Source: a virus
IMG/VR virus record: IMGVR_UViG_3300020165_002937
Length of the DNA stretch: 64,000 nucleotides
Direction: 5' to 3' (one strand)
The notes below the pieces were generated by a model, which was not told where the DNA came from, ran no database searches, and saw nothing but the letters and a program-made list of their open reading frames with translations. This document shows, piece after piece, positions 9,748 to 19,718 of the stretch. A program made the position numbers and the translations under genes. Numbering within the stretch: the first letter of the stretch is position 1; every line of letters begins with the position of its first letter.

Positions 9748-10857
9748 ATGAACGAATATGACGGGATTATTAAAAAGACCCCACTTAATACCACAAAGAA
9801 TAATAAGGACCCAGATAGGCCCAAAACGGTTTATGAGCAACAAGCTGAATTAGCATCGGGCGCCCCCCCTGCTAGTGGCACCGGCGGCTCATATGATTTT
9901 GGAGATGATGGAGATGTAAATCCGGGCCTCAAAGAAGTACCTCCAGGCGGAGGAGTTATGAACACTCCGGTGGACGAATACCCGAAAGTTAACTTTTTTG
10001 CTTCTGATAACGCAAAAGTTATTCAAGGTAAGCGCAATGCTAACTGTTATATCGTCTTGGGTGGAGACAGACCAAGCCACGAAAAAAGTGGATACTCTGG
10101 CAAAGGCGGAAATAGGGCAAACTCAATCGATATGGTGGTGGGTCGTATGTCCTCGGCCAGAAAGGGCAAAGGCGCCTCAGATGACGCAACAGTCCACAAT
10201 AGTTTTTCTGCTGATTCTGCTAGAATCTATATGTCCCAAATGACTGACCTCGATAAAAACTTTGGACTCGCTGAAGGCAATTGGGAGTATCTTGGTCCAC
10301 GATCTGGTATCGGAATGAAAGCTGATCAAATCCGGATTGTTGGTCGTGAATCGGTAAAGATAGTTACAGGTAAATGCAGAGGTTGTGAAGGCTATGGCTG
10401 GCGAGGAGAAACTAACTCTCTTGGTGGTAAACTACCGCCCGCGGGCCCTATTGAATTAATAGCTGGTAACAATACTGCTGATCGGTGGGTTATAAACATG
10501 AAGCCTGGAACTCTAGTCCCCAAGATCGAGTTTGTTGACAGACTGCAGCCTATCCCGATGGGCAAGAATTTAAGAGACGCTCTATCTGATTTGTGGCAAA
10601 TTGTATCGTCGATTTGGCAATGTTTACAGACATTCTTGTTAACACAGGGCCTTACCAACATTGCCTCAACAACAACTACATGGCCCCTTGATGCACCGTC
10701 TCATATGATTATAGGAAATATAATGAATCTGATGCAACAAATATTCTCAGCTAATCCGCAGTACCATAATAGAACTAATGGGACTATGTGGGAACAGAAC
10801 TACTTAAAGCCAACTGGCAACAAGTACATATGTAGCAGAAATGTTAGGACGACATAG
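9748..10857 (+). CDS. Putative baseplate spike (gp5 C-terminal-like) protein
   Basis: Short beta-strand repeats (YIVLGGDR, SIDMVVGR, ARIYMSQ, GMKADQIRIVGRESVKIVTG, IELIAG); follows the lysozyme-bearing gene and precedes gp25. Confidence 0.5.
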   Translation: MNEYDGIIKKTPLNTTKNNKDPDRPKTVYEQQAELASGAPPASGTGGSYDFGDDGDVNPGLKEVPPGGGVMNTPVDEYPKVNFFASDNAKVIQGKRNANCYIVLGGDRPSHEKSGYSGKGGNRANSIDMVVGRMSSARKGKGASDDATVHNSFSADSARIYMSQMTDLDKNFGLAEGNWEYLGPRSGIGMKADQIRIVGRESVKIVTGKCRGCEGYGWRGETNSLGGKLPPAGPIELIAGNNTADRWVINMKPGTLVPKIEFVDRLQPIPMGKNLRDALSDLWQIVSSIWQCLQTFLLTQGLTNIASTTTTWPLDAPSHMIIGNIMNLMQQIFSANPQYHNRTNGTMWEQNYLKPTGNKYICSRNVRTT

Positions 10858-10868
10858 GACAACAACAA

Positions 10869-13800
10869 ATGGCTGAATCTAAATTTTTAAAATGGCAAGA
10901 TAAGAATAATGACAAGATACATGATGACTGCCCGGAAGAGATAATACCTCCGGAGCCGAATCGTTGTCCTACGTGCATTCCAAATCCAGATGCCCCCGTC
11001 CCTGATTGGCGTACAAGAGCGTTCACAGAGCCGTATTTAAATGAAAAAACCTGTGAGTATAATATCACCGCTACAACTGGTTATAAGACCACTATACCAG
11101 TAAGTGTTTTAGAAGAATACGAACCGGAGGGCGGCTGGCAAAATAGTGAACAATATGGTAAGCGAAAAGTTAGATATATCAGAAACGAACAGATCGAAGA
11201 AGAGAAATATATGGCTCGTCAATCTGATGAAGAAGAAGCCTTTTTAACAAGAACCGCATCTTGGCTGAATCCGGATAGTGACAAAGCTGACGCCGCGCTA
11301 AACGCAAGATTCCACATTTATTCTGATGAAGTGGCTGATATGATCTTGTTTACACTTAAAAGAAAAAATACCCCGGAAACAAGAAGAATAGTTCTAGAAT
11401 CACTGATATATAAAGATTATGAGTTAGACCCCCGTGCTTCATCAACACTTAAGCTATTGTATGCAGTACCTGTCGAAGTTATCGAAGGTATAGCTGAAGA
11501 TGAGGCAAGAGACTTGGAAGAGCCTCCCGAAAGAGGAGATACTAAAAGAGTCATGCGCGCCGGAGAAATCAAAGCAAGAAACATTAAAGTTAGAAAAGGC
11601 CTCGATCTATATAACAGATATTTAAAAGTTTTTCGTGCGCTCGAAAGAGGGAATGTGCTTTTTAAAGAAACAAAAGCAGTATTTAATTTAGAAGATTATG
11701 GTGACAGCGGTGTTTTCCCTGGTGGATTGTTAGCGGAAGCTATGCTGCAATTGGACGAGTATCTCAACACTCAAGGCTACAACTTAGCTGGAATCGGCAG
11801 TATGTGGCCGCTGTTTAATGGAAATGAAAAAGTAGTAAAGCTAGGATTTACTTGGGACAAAAATTACAAAATTAAAAAAATGAAAGTTTGGACGGAAGAG
11901 TGTCCACGCTTTGCAAAAATTATAGGCAGAAAACGCTTAAGTTCTCTCCGCGCTAAATCGGCTTGGAGAGATAAAACAGCTATGAACTACTTTGCTAATA
12001 TGGCAGAAATGGATAACGATTTGTCGGCAAGACAACCAATGCCATGGCTTGAGTTTATTAAAAAACACACTTATCCGGAAGTTATTGATACTATTGCTGA
12101 CTGGCAAGAAAATGAAGATATGAATTCTAGAAATGTAGGTAGTTGTATTGCCGGCGCTCTAGAAGCCGAAACAAAAGAGTTAGCACAAGATATCTTGGAT
12201 GATGTATTCAGCATCGGAGATGCAGTAGCATACATGTGGCATAAATCTATATGCCGCGGCAACACTGACGAAACGTTAGAAGATTTAAAAAAATCTGGAT
12301 TGAGGTTCGATCCGGCCGGCGGCGGAGGTCCAACGTCAATGATGGCCATGGCCTCCGAGCAGGCGTTCAAAAAGTTACAGTCTGAAAATCAGCCGTTTCT
12401 AATGTTATGTGCCAGTCTTTTGGGCATTAAAGTCTTCGCCGGCAGCGATGACATTTTGGATGCTCTATGGGAAGGTGGGCTTGACAAGATCAAAATTTGT
12501 GGCCTATTCGATATCATGTCAGATGCAATAAGATGTCTGTTAGGTGGGCTCACTCTAGAACAAGCATTAGCAGTCATGTTAAAAAATGCTCTCAAAACGA
12601 TGGGAGTTGATAATTTTGGACAGCTCTTTATCGGCTTACCAGAAGAAAAGCAAGCTGAGTTAGATAAAGCTGTACAGAAAAAGCTCGATGAGGGAGATAT
12701 CTTCCCAGATTATTCGGGCGGCCAGCAATTGTCAAATAGAGTCGAAGGGGATAAAAGCCCGGGCAAGACTCCACTTATTGGAAAAGTCAAGTGGGTCAAG
12801 CCTTGGGAACAAACTCGTGAAGACCAAGACAAGGGTTTATATCAAGGGGATTATGGTGCTACAATGGAATCGGGACCCGGAGATGGAGGAAATCCCATCG
12901 GCCGCGCCGGCCAACCGCCGGCTTCTCAAATGTCTGAAAGGTCAGAAAGAACTTTAGCTCAGCAGTTTGATCAAATGGCAGACAGCAGTGATCAAATACC
13001 ACCAAATACAATAATGCAATTGTATATTGCTGCGTTAATAGAACATTATTCCGGTAACTTATTGGAATTGGTTGACAAGCTCAATAGGTTCCCCGGCGCA
13101 CCCGTTGTTGCTTTCATGTTAGCGGCAATTGACTGCCCGCGCCCTCCAATGTTTAATCCTACTATAATGGATTTTATTAAAGATCTGGCGATGCCCTTCT
13201 GTAGAAATACTCAAGATATCACATTGCCAATGCTGTTTAATCCGTTTGGTTGGATCACACATTGGACGGATCCATTTAAGATATTGTGGGAGATTTTAAA
13301 ACAAGTATTGATGATGATAGTTATGCAGATCTTAATTAGACTGCTGGTTAAACTATGTGAGATTATTGGTAATGCGATTTGTCGAGCGTTAGGTACAGTA
13401 GGCGCTCTCGCCGCGGCCATACCTTCGGTGATTGCTGGCAGCACAACTTTTGGAGACGTTCTGAAAGACTCTATTTGTGGCCCCGAAGCAGATCAAGAGC
13501 AGATTGGTGTGACCATGCAAGAGTTGTATAACACTCTAGGTTCAGGCGGAGCGGCCTTGGCAAACAAAGACGCAGTTGTCTCCTTCGCTGAAGAGTTATC
13601 TGCGTCAGTCACTAGAAGAGAGCTATTAGAAGCTATAGCTGGTGAACCCACAGAAACATTCCTTTCGGCAGTTGACAATTTGGTAGAATTTGATCATCCA
13701 GAGCTTCGGGATGGGTTAAGAAATAGGCATGCGATATCTAGCTTCTTTAAAAATGTTGGAAACCTTATGCCGCTTGAATTTAGAGATCAAATGGAAAATG

Positions 13801-16800
13801 CACTTTTCGACCTGGATCCTGACGATGAAATGCCGGCTAACCCCACTCTTTGCGCTACCCCAGAAGACCTTGAAAACTTTAAAGATTTACGTTGCAGCTT
13901 GTTAGAAGGCCGAGCAACAAAAGAAGATTGCGAAAGGTTATTTGATAACTTTCAAAATAAATCGTTAGAAGATTTAGACGAACTAAGCTCGATTATGCAA
14001 GAAGGTATTCCACAGTATATACAAAGACAGCTGCCGCCTATTGTATCTGAGCCGGGCTGCGATGATGGGATACTTCCATATGAATCACAAGATTTGCTAG
14101 ATTTAGCTCGCAGAAATTTTGAAGGCGACTATAAGAAGATAAAAATTAGTTATACAAACGACATGCTTAGCCGCGGCGGATTCTTAGATATGGTTTTGTC
14201 GGATACCATGGGTAACCCATTATCAGCACACTACAGAAAAGCATATAGCAGCGATAACTATGTAGACTTTTACATCGACATCGCAAACAACAACGATGAT
14301 TACAGTCCTGAAGATCTGGTTGGTGACTTTGGGCCAATGAGAAAGCAAAGAGGGTCATTCCCGGTCCGCGTTGCTGGATGGCTCCAGGATGATCTAGTTA
14401 AAAAGTCGACCGCTCTAGAACCAATAAGATTTAGTAGTAACAACTTTTTTGTTGGGCCGATAAGTCATAGAAAAACATTTGATGAAATGGGCTGGGGAAC
14501 AGGCCTGTTTGGCTGGTTTGATGCTGGCGATCTAATCGATGTTGACAACCCTGACTATAATATAAAGGTGAGAGCAAACTACGAAGATGAGCTAATAACT
14601 TTTGAGAGAGCCGGTAGGAAGGTGATGCCAGAGTGCATATTTAAATTTAGAGATAATAACCGCGGAAACGGTACCTGGAGTCGACTTGACCCGGGCGAAT
14701 TTTCTTATGGATTTGATGTTAACTTGTATATTTCTGATCTAATGTCTTCTCCTGGAACGACAGGTACCCAGAAAACAGGAATTTATAACAATGTCCCGAG
14801 TGATAATGCCAGAATTAAGATTTATAATGTATTCAATCCGGGCGCCAGACAGTATGGCCCAGAATATCAATTATTAACAGAAGAACAGAAAGAGGAGATT
14901 GAAGATAACAATACTCAGGATAACACTGAAATGAAATCTTTGGCCTATGAGTTTTTGGGAGTAGATAATGGAATGGACCATATTGACATGCAGAGGTTTC
15001 CCGAATTTAGAAAAACTTTTGAACAAAAACAAAGTTATACCCCACAAGTGGTACTCTTGGGCGAGTGGCTGGGATTGCCAGCCTCGTCGATCAAGCCAGT
15101 ATACGACAAATTTGGCGAAGACTTTTTAAATAATGTAATCTCTAGCGTAGCGAATAATGACCCGGGCTTCAACTATGGGGCAGAGTTTGATAATATATCG
15201 GGCGCTGATATTGAATACGTCGTTCCCGATGGGGTGTGCGAGTCTCCTGGCGGAACTCCGTACTGGGAAGCCGAAATAAGGCATTACGATTCAGATGGTG
15301 ATTATGAAATTGAAAGATTGCATGAAGCTGATCGTATTTTAGGAGTCAGTAGAATGCAATATAGGATTGAGAAGGGCCAGCAAGCTGGTGTAAACCGAGT
15401 ATTTTACTTGGATCCACAAAAATTTGGCGGCCGCTACTTTAACCCACCTGTATACATAAGCCCGTCGCCCAATAAAGGCTGGCTTGGGATGATCGATGTA
15501 CTATTCCCTGAGTCAAGCCCGTGTAAACCATCTAGAAGCGACCTAGTAGGCTTCGGTGATATAGCTGACAAAGTTTCGCAGAAGTATCAAGGTATTCCTG
15601 AAGATCAGAGACTTAAGAATCTTCAAGAATGTGTCGTTGAAAAACCTTATCACCGAATATTAACTAGAAACGGAAAAGCTAATATTGAGGGTCTGATATA
15701 TGCGGCTATGAGAACTTTTTCTAGTGTGCATGTGATGAAGGCCATAGCAACTTTTACCACGTTTAAGCCTGACTTCAATAATGTATATAGCAATATATTC
15801 GCGTCCTATATTCTTGAAAAAATGGAAGATTCGTTTAAAGATGCCCAGGGCGACTTTGCCGAATGGTTTAATCCCTTTAAGGATGTGGAATTTTGGTATG
15901 CTTTTCTTGAGCAGTGTGTACAGCTTTATGGCCGCCGTTGCGATGAAGACGACATTCCGAATGGGTACCCCGAACCGCCCCCGCATGTCCAAGAAGCACT
16001 TGACCGCCTAAACGACAGGCAAGAAAAATATCGATACCCATATGAAAACGATCTAGATATAGCAGCAGAAACTGGCGAAGCCGGCAATTTCCAGAGCTTA
16101 AAAAATTACAGAGAAGAAAAGAATTTAGAATTTGTTCAAAAAACCCAGGAGCATGCAAAAACTATTGCTAAAGAATTTATTATAGAACAACTTGGAGTGA
16201 TCTCAGGCTATCTAATTGAGAACCTTGAAGTGTTAGGGATGACACCGGCTGTATCAGATATAGATTATTACTTTATTGAAAATCTTTGTTATAATGGAGA
16301 TGGTCTAGATATAGATAAAAAAATCGAGTATCAAGTGGTGGACCTGCCCAATGAAGGAGAGGGCTATTATACCGGTGGTAACGAGTTTGCGTACGGAACT
16401 GGAATGAATATTGGGAAAGAATTTATTGGCGAATATCATGTACACTACAGCGAAGATCGCGAAGCTAATATATATATGGAGGGCTCTCGACACACCGCTG
16501 AAGCTCATGCCGAGTTGAAGCCTTTAGCTCATAAGCTTGCGGTACCAATCGGAGATTTGCCCGGATATGGAGAAACTAGCCTAGCGGCACTATCAAGTGG
16601 AAAGTCATTTATGATAGAAAAATATATCAGAGTTAACGGGCAGAAACATGAACCAATATATGGTAGAGAATTGGTCCGCACCCACGGCACTGCTTTGATT
16701 TCTGAAGTCTATCCCGGCGATCTTGAGATAGCAAGAGACGATAAAGGCCGCGCTGTCGGTTTAACTGGAAACTTGGGAGTACAATATGGTGTACAATTAT

Positions 16801-17483
16801 CAATGCTGGTTAATAATCAAAAACATGAAATTGCACACGGCGAGATCGACGCCCTAGATCTGCCCTGTAATCAAATGGCACCTATGCAGGCTAACAGCAT
16901 GCTACTATATTGCACGCTGAAGCTGTTAAAAGAATCTGCGGATTTCAAAATGTTAACTCGTTATATATTGCCAATGAAAAAAATAATATCAACAACTGCA
17001 ATTTATAACGATATGGGCCTTTTCGCTTCTATAGGCCAGAATACTGTAGCTCCAGGAAAAGAGGGGGTGTGGGATAAAGATTGGTCAAACAAGCCAGGCC
17101 GCCAAGCACAAATAAGTTTATTGGGTGATGGGAGCATAAGTGTTGAAACTGCAGGTGTCGACGGCTGGGCTTATATCGGGAATAGAATCCCAGGTCCTTT
17201 TAGCGGGTGGGGAGTAACTGAGTGGGACAATTGGGATCAGGTTACCCTGCGGAATACTTCGTCGATTATCAAAAGAATGTTTAAATCCGCATACAATACC
17301 AGAAGTTTTGATCTTAGTCAGGTTGATGATGCTCCCAGTGCAGCTTCAACGTTTGTAAAAGGGATGCGTGAATCACTTCGCCCAAGCCCGGGCCAAAAAC
17401 TACTTAGTGTGTGGCAGAAGCCAATGTTGCGCTCAAACCCCTTCGACAAGAACGGTAAGATGTGTGATAGAGGCAAAAAATAA
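10869..17483 (+). CDS. Very large (2204 aa) putative virion/baseplate protein
   Basis: Uninterrupted ORF between spike-like and gp25-like genes; Cys-rich helical middle; no recognisable enzyme motif. Confidence 0.6.
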   Translation: MAESKFLKWQDKNNDKIHDDCPEEIIPPEPNRCPTCIPNPDAPVPDWRTRAFTEPYLNEKTCEYNITATTGYKTTIPVSVLEEYEPEGGWQNSEQYGKRKVRYIRNEQIEEEKYMARQSDEEEAFLTRTASWLNPDSDKADAALNARFHIYSDEVADMILFTLKRKNTPETRRIVLESLIYKDYELDPRASSTLKLLYAVPVEVIEGIAEDEARDLEEPPERGDTKRVMRAGEIKARNIKVRKGLDLYNRYLKVFRALERGNVLFKETKAVFNLEDYGDSGVFPGGLLAEAMLQLDEYLNTQGYNLAGIGSMWPLFNGNEKVVKLGFTWDKNYKIKKMKVWTEECPRFAKIIGRKRLSSLRAKSAWRDKTAMNYFANMAEMDNDLSARQPMPWLEFIKKHTYPEVIDTIADWQENEDMNSRNVGSCIAGALEAETKELAQDILDDVFSIGDAVAYMWHKSICRGNTDETLEDLKKSGLRFDPAGGGGPTSMMAMASEQAFKKLQSENQPFLMLCASLLGIKVFAGSDDILDALWEGGLDKIKICGLFDIMSDAIRCLLGGLTLEQALAVMLKNALKTMGVDNFGQLFIGLPEEKQAELDKAVQKKLDEGDIFPDYSGGQQLSNRVEGDKSPGKTPLIGKVKWVKPWEQTREDQDKGLYQGDYGATMESGPGDGGNPIGRAGQPPASQMSERSERTLAQQFDQMADSSDQIPPNTIMQLYIAALIEHYSGNLLELVDKLNRFPGAPVVAFMLAAIDCPRPPMFNPTIMDFIKDLAMPFCRNTQDITLPMLFNPFGWITHWTDPFKILWEILKQVLMMIVMQILIRLLVKLCEIIGNAICRALGTVGALAAAIPSVIAGSTTFGDVLKDSICGPEADQEQIGVTMQELYNTLGSGGAALANKDAVVSFAEELSASVTRRELLEAIAGEPTETFLSAVDNLVEFDHPELRDGLRNRHAISSFFKNVGNLMPLEFRDQMENALFDLDPDDEMPANPTLCATPEDLENFKDLRCSLLEGRATKEDCERLFDNFQNKSLEDLDELSSIMQEGIPQYIQRQLPPIVSEPGCDDGILPYESQDLLDLARRNFEGDYKKIKISYTNDMLSRGGFLDMVLSDTMGNPLSAHYRKAYSSDNYVDFYIDIANNNDDYSPEDLVGDFGPMRKQRGSFPVRVAGWLQDDLVKKSTALEPIRFSSNNFFVGPISHRKTFDEMGWGTGLFGWFDAGDLIDVDNPDYNIKVRANYEDELITFERAGRKVMPECIFKFRDNNRGNGTWSRLDPGEFSYGFDVNLYISDLMSSPGTTGTQKTGIYNNVPSDNARIKIYNVFNPGARQYGPEYQLLTEEQKEEIEDNNTQDNTEMKSLAYEFLGVDNGMDHIDMQRFPEFRKTFEQKQSYTPQVVLLGEWLGLPASSIKPVYDKFGEDFLNNVISSVANNDPGFNYGAEFDNISGADIEYVVPDGVCESPGGTPYWEAEIRHYDSDGDYEIERLHEADRILGVSRMQYRIEKGQQAGVNRVFYLDPQKFGGRYFNPPVYISPSPNKGWLGMIDVLFPESSPCKPSRSDLVGFGDIADKVSQKYQGIPEDQRLKNLQECVVEKPYHRILTRNGKANIEGLIYAAMRTFSSVHVMKAIATFTTFKPDFNNVYSNIFASYILEKMEDSFKDAQGDFAEWFNPFKDVEFWYAFLEQCVQLYGRRCDEDDIPNGYPEPPPHVQEALDRLNDRQEKYRYPYENDLDIAAETGEAGNFQSLKNYREEKNLEFVQKTQEHAKTIAKEFIIEQLGVISGYLIENLEVLGMTPAVSDIDYYFIENLCYNGDGLDIDKKIEYQVVDLPNEGEGYYTGGNEFAYGTGMNIGKEFIGEYHVHYSEDREANIYMEGSRHTAEAHAELKPLAHKLAVPIGDLPGYGETSLAALSSGKSFMIEKYIRVNGQKHEPIYGRELVRTHGTALISEVYPGDLEIARDDKGRAVGLTGNLGVQYGVQLSMLVNNQKHEIAHGEIDALDLPCNQMAPMQANSMLLYCTLKLLKESADFKMLTRYILPMKKIISTTAIYNDMGLFASIGQNTVAPGKEGVWDKDWSNKPGRQAQISLLGDGSISVETAGVDGWAYIGNRIPGPFSGWGVTEWDNWDQVTLRNTSSIIKRMFKSAYNTRSFDLSQVDDAPSAASTFVKGMRESLRPSPGQKLLSVWQKPMLRSNPFDKNGKMCDRGKK

Positions 17484-17510
17484 GAAATAGCAAGAAATAT
17501 AATTAGCGCA

Positions 17511-17518
17511 TATTTATA
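17511..17518 (+). promoter_or_regulatory. Putative late promoter element TATTTA(TA)
   Basis: Starts 22 nt before ATG 17533; same hexamer and spacing recur at 32372 and 43560. Confidence 0.5.
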
Positions 17519-17532
17519 CAAGAGGTAAAAAA

Positions 17533-17907
17533 ATGGCTTCGCTGGGTGTGAAACTACCATTGATGTTAGATGATACTAATGGGTTTGCAATGATTAGCAA
17601 CCTGAAGGCTCTATTGCGCCAAAATCTCAAAATGTTGATTTTAACCGCCCCGGGCGAAAGAGTAATGGAACCGGACTTCGGGGTTGGCCTTAGAAATTAT
17701 TTATTTACCAACTTTGGGGAAGACGTTCCAGTGGTCATCAGCACAAAAATCAGAGAGCAAGTAAGAATATTTATGCCAATTATTGATTTGATAGATATTC
17801 AATTCGACACGTCTAGCACTGCGCAAGATACAAATTCATTAGGCATCAGAATCATATATTCTGTACCCGATGTAGGAGTAGAAGATTTGCTGGACTTAAC
17901 TATATAA
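17533..17907 (+). CDS. Baseplate wedge subunit, gp25/GPW family
   Basis: RQNLKMLILTAPGERVMEPDFGVGLRNYLF is the gp25 signature (LxTxxGERxxxPxFG). Confidence 0.92.
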   Translation: MASLGVKLPLMLDDTNGFAMISNLKALLRQNLKMLILTAPGERVMEPDFGVGLRNYLFTNFGEDVPVVISTKIREQVRIFMPIIDLIDIQFDTSSTAQDTNSLGIRIIYSVPDVGVEDLLDLTI

Positions 17908-17921
17908 CATGAGGGCCTTCA

Positions 17922-19718
17922 ATGAGTGATCAACAAAAAAAGATTGTACCAATAAATTATACTAATAGAGAATTTGAAACCATCCGTGACGATTTGCTAG
18001 ATATAGCAGAAAGGTTTTATCCGGATACGTTTCAAGATTTTAGTGAAGCCTCTTTCGGCTCGCTTATGATAGATTCAGTCGCATATGTGGCAGATCAGCT
18101 TTCATTTTATTTAGATTATAACGTTAATGAATCATTTTTAGACACGGCCTACCAATACTCAAACGTGATAAGGCAGGGTAGAACGCTTGGCTATAAGTCC
18201 CAAGGCCGACCCTCAACATACGGCTCTGTGGCTTTATACGTAGTAGTGCCTGCGTCGTCAACGGGTATTGGCCCGGACTCAGGATATATTCCAGTTTTAA
18301 AAAGAGGCTCCTCTTTCACAAGCACAACCGGACTAAACTATGTGTTAACAGAAAATGTTGATTTTTCAAAACCCGAAAATGTTACAATAGTAGCACGCGT
18401 AGACACTGATACCGGCGCCCCAACATACTATGCGATTAAGGCTTATGGCAACGTTGTATCAGGAAAATTCAAAAGAAAAGAAATTAATGTTGGAGGCTAC
18501 GAGAGATTTAAAAAAGTCGTGATAGGGGATTCAAACGTGAGCGAGGTTGTCTCTGTTTACGACTCAGAAGGTAAAGAATATTTTGAAGTTGACTATCTCG
18601 CACAAGACATAGTTTTCAAAGAATTATCAAACACAAATTTTGCTAACGATAATGTTCCATCGATATTAAAGCCAATGATAGTATCTAGAAAATATGTTGT
18701 TGAATATGACTCATTCGGTACTTCATTACAATTTGGTAGCGGCCGCTCTGGCGAAACTGGGGTTATCGCTGACCCGCAGTCGGTAGCAGCAGAAATTTAT
18801 TCGAAAACATACACTAGCGACGTGACCTTTGATCCTTCTAGGCTGTCTAAAAATAGAAACCTTGGTGTAGTGCCGGAGAACACTACGCTGTCTATTGTTT
18901 ATCGTACGACTAATCCTGCTAATTCTAACTTAAGTGTTAGTAAGCTAAACTCAGTTTCAAGCGCGCTAATGGATTTTGTAAATCGTCAAGATCTAGTGTC
19001 GTCAAAAGTGAATGAGGTAATCGCGTCTGTTGAGGTTGAAAATGAACGACCTATAATGGGTGATGTATCATTGCCATCAACGGGCGAAATCAAAAGAAGA
19101 ATTTTTGATACTTTTCCAACACAGAATCGCGCCGTAACCCAATCAGATTATGAAAATATAGCATACAGAATGCCAGCAAAGTTTGGTTCTATTAAGAGAT
19201 GTAGCGTGCAACAAGACCAAAACTCTGCTAAAAGAAATTTAAATATGTATGTTGTATCGGAAGATGAATTTGGAAAATTACTTAAAACTAACAATACAAT
19301 AAAAAATAATTTAAAAACTTGGCTAAATCATTATAGAATGATGAATGATACGGTAGATATAATAGATCCGTATATTATAAACCTTGGAATTAGTTTTATA
19401 ATTCGACCCAATGTTGGTGTCGACCGATATACACTCCTGGACACAGCTATCGCTGCTTTAAAACAAAAATATTCAACTCCGTACTTTATTGGAGAGCCCC
19501 TGTATATAACTGACGTTTTTGACACTTTAAAATCAGTCACTGGCGTCTTAGACGTCGTGAAAGTAAAAGTGACTAATCAGTCGGGCCCGAATTATTCAGG
19601 AACAGAAATAGAAATAAACAAAAACATGTCTCCTGACGGAACATACTTGATCGCGCCAAAAAATGCAATTTTTGAAATCAAGTTTCCGGACGTCGACATA
19701 GTAGGAAAAATTAGATAA
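17922..19718 (+). CDS. Baseplate wedge subunit, T4 gp6 / baseplate-J-like
   Basis: YTNREFETIR, DFSEASFGSLMID..AY..D.LSFYLD....ESFLDTA, LQFGSG, QNRAVTQSDYE. Confidence 0.9.
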   Translation: MSDQQKKIVPINYTNREFETIRDDLLDIAERFYPDTFQDFSEASFGSLMIDSVAYVADQLSFYLDYNVNESFLDTAYQYSNVIRQGRTLGYKSQGRPSTYGSVALYVVVPASSTGIGPDSGYIPVLKRGSSFTSTTGLNYVLTENVDFSKPENVTIVARVDTDTGAPTYYAIKAYGNVVSGKFKRKEINVGGYERFKKVVIGDSNVSEVVSVYDSEGKEYFEVDYLAQDIVFKELSNTNFANDNVPSILKPMIVSRKYVVEYDSFGTSLQFGSGRSGETGVIADPQSVAAEIYSKTYTSDVTFDPSRLSKNRNLGVVPENTTLSIVYRTTNPANSNLSVSKLNSVSSALMDFVNRQDLVSSKVNEVIASVEVENERPIMGDVSLPSTGEIKRRIFDTFPTQNRAVTQSDYENIAYRMPAKFGSIKRCSVQQDQNSAKRNLNMYVVSEDEFGKLLKTNNTIKNNLKTWLNHYRMMNDTVDIIDPYIINLGISFIIRPNVGVDRYTLLDTAIAALKQKYSTPYFIGEPLYITDVFDTLKSVTGVLDVVKVKVTNQSGPNYSGTEIEINKNMSPDGTYLIAPKNAIFEIKFPDVDIVGKIR

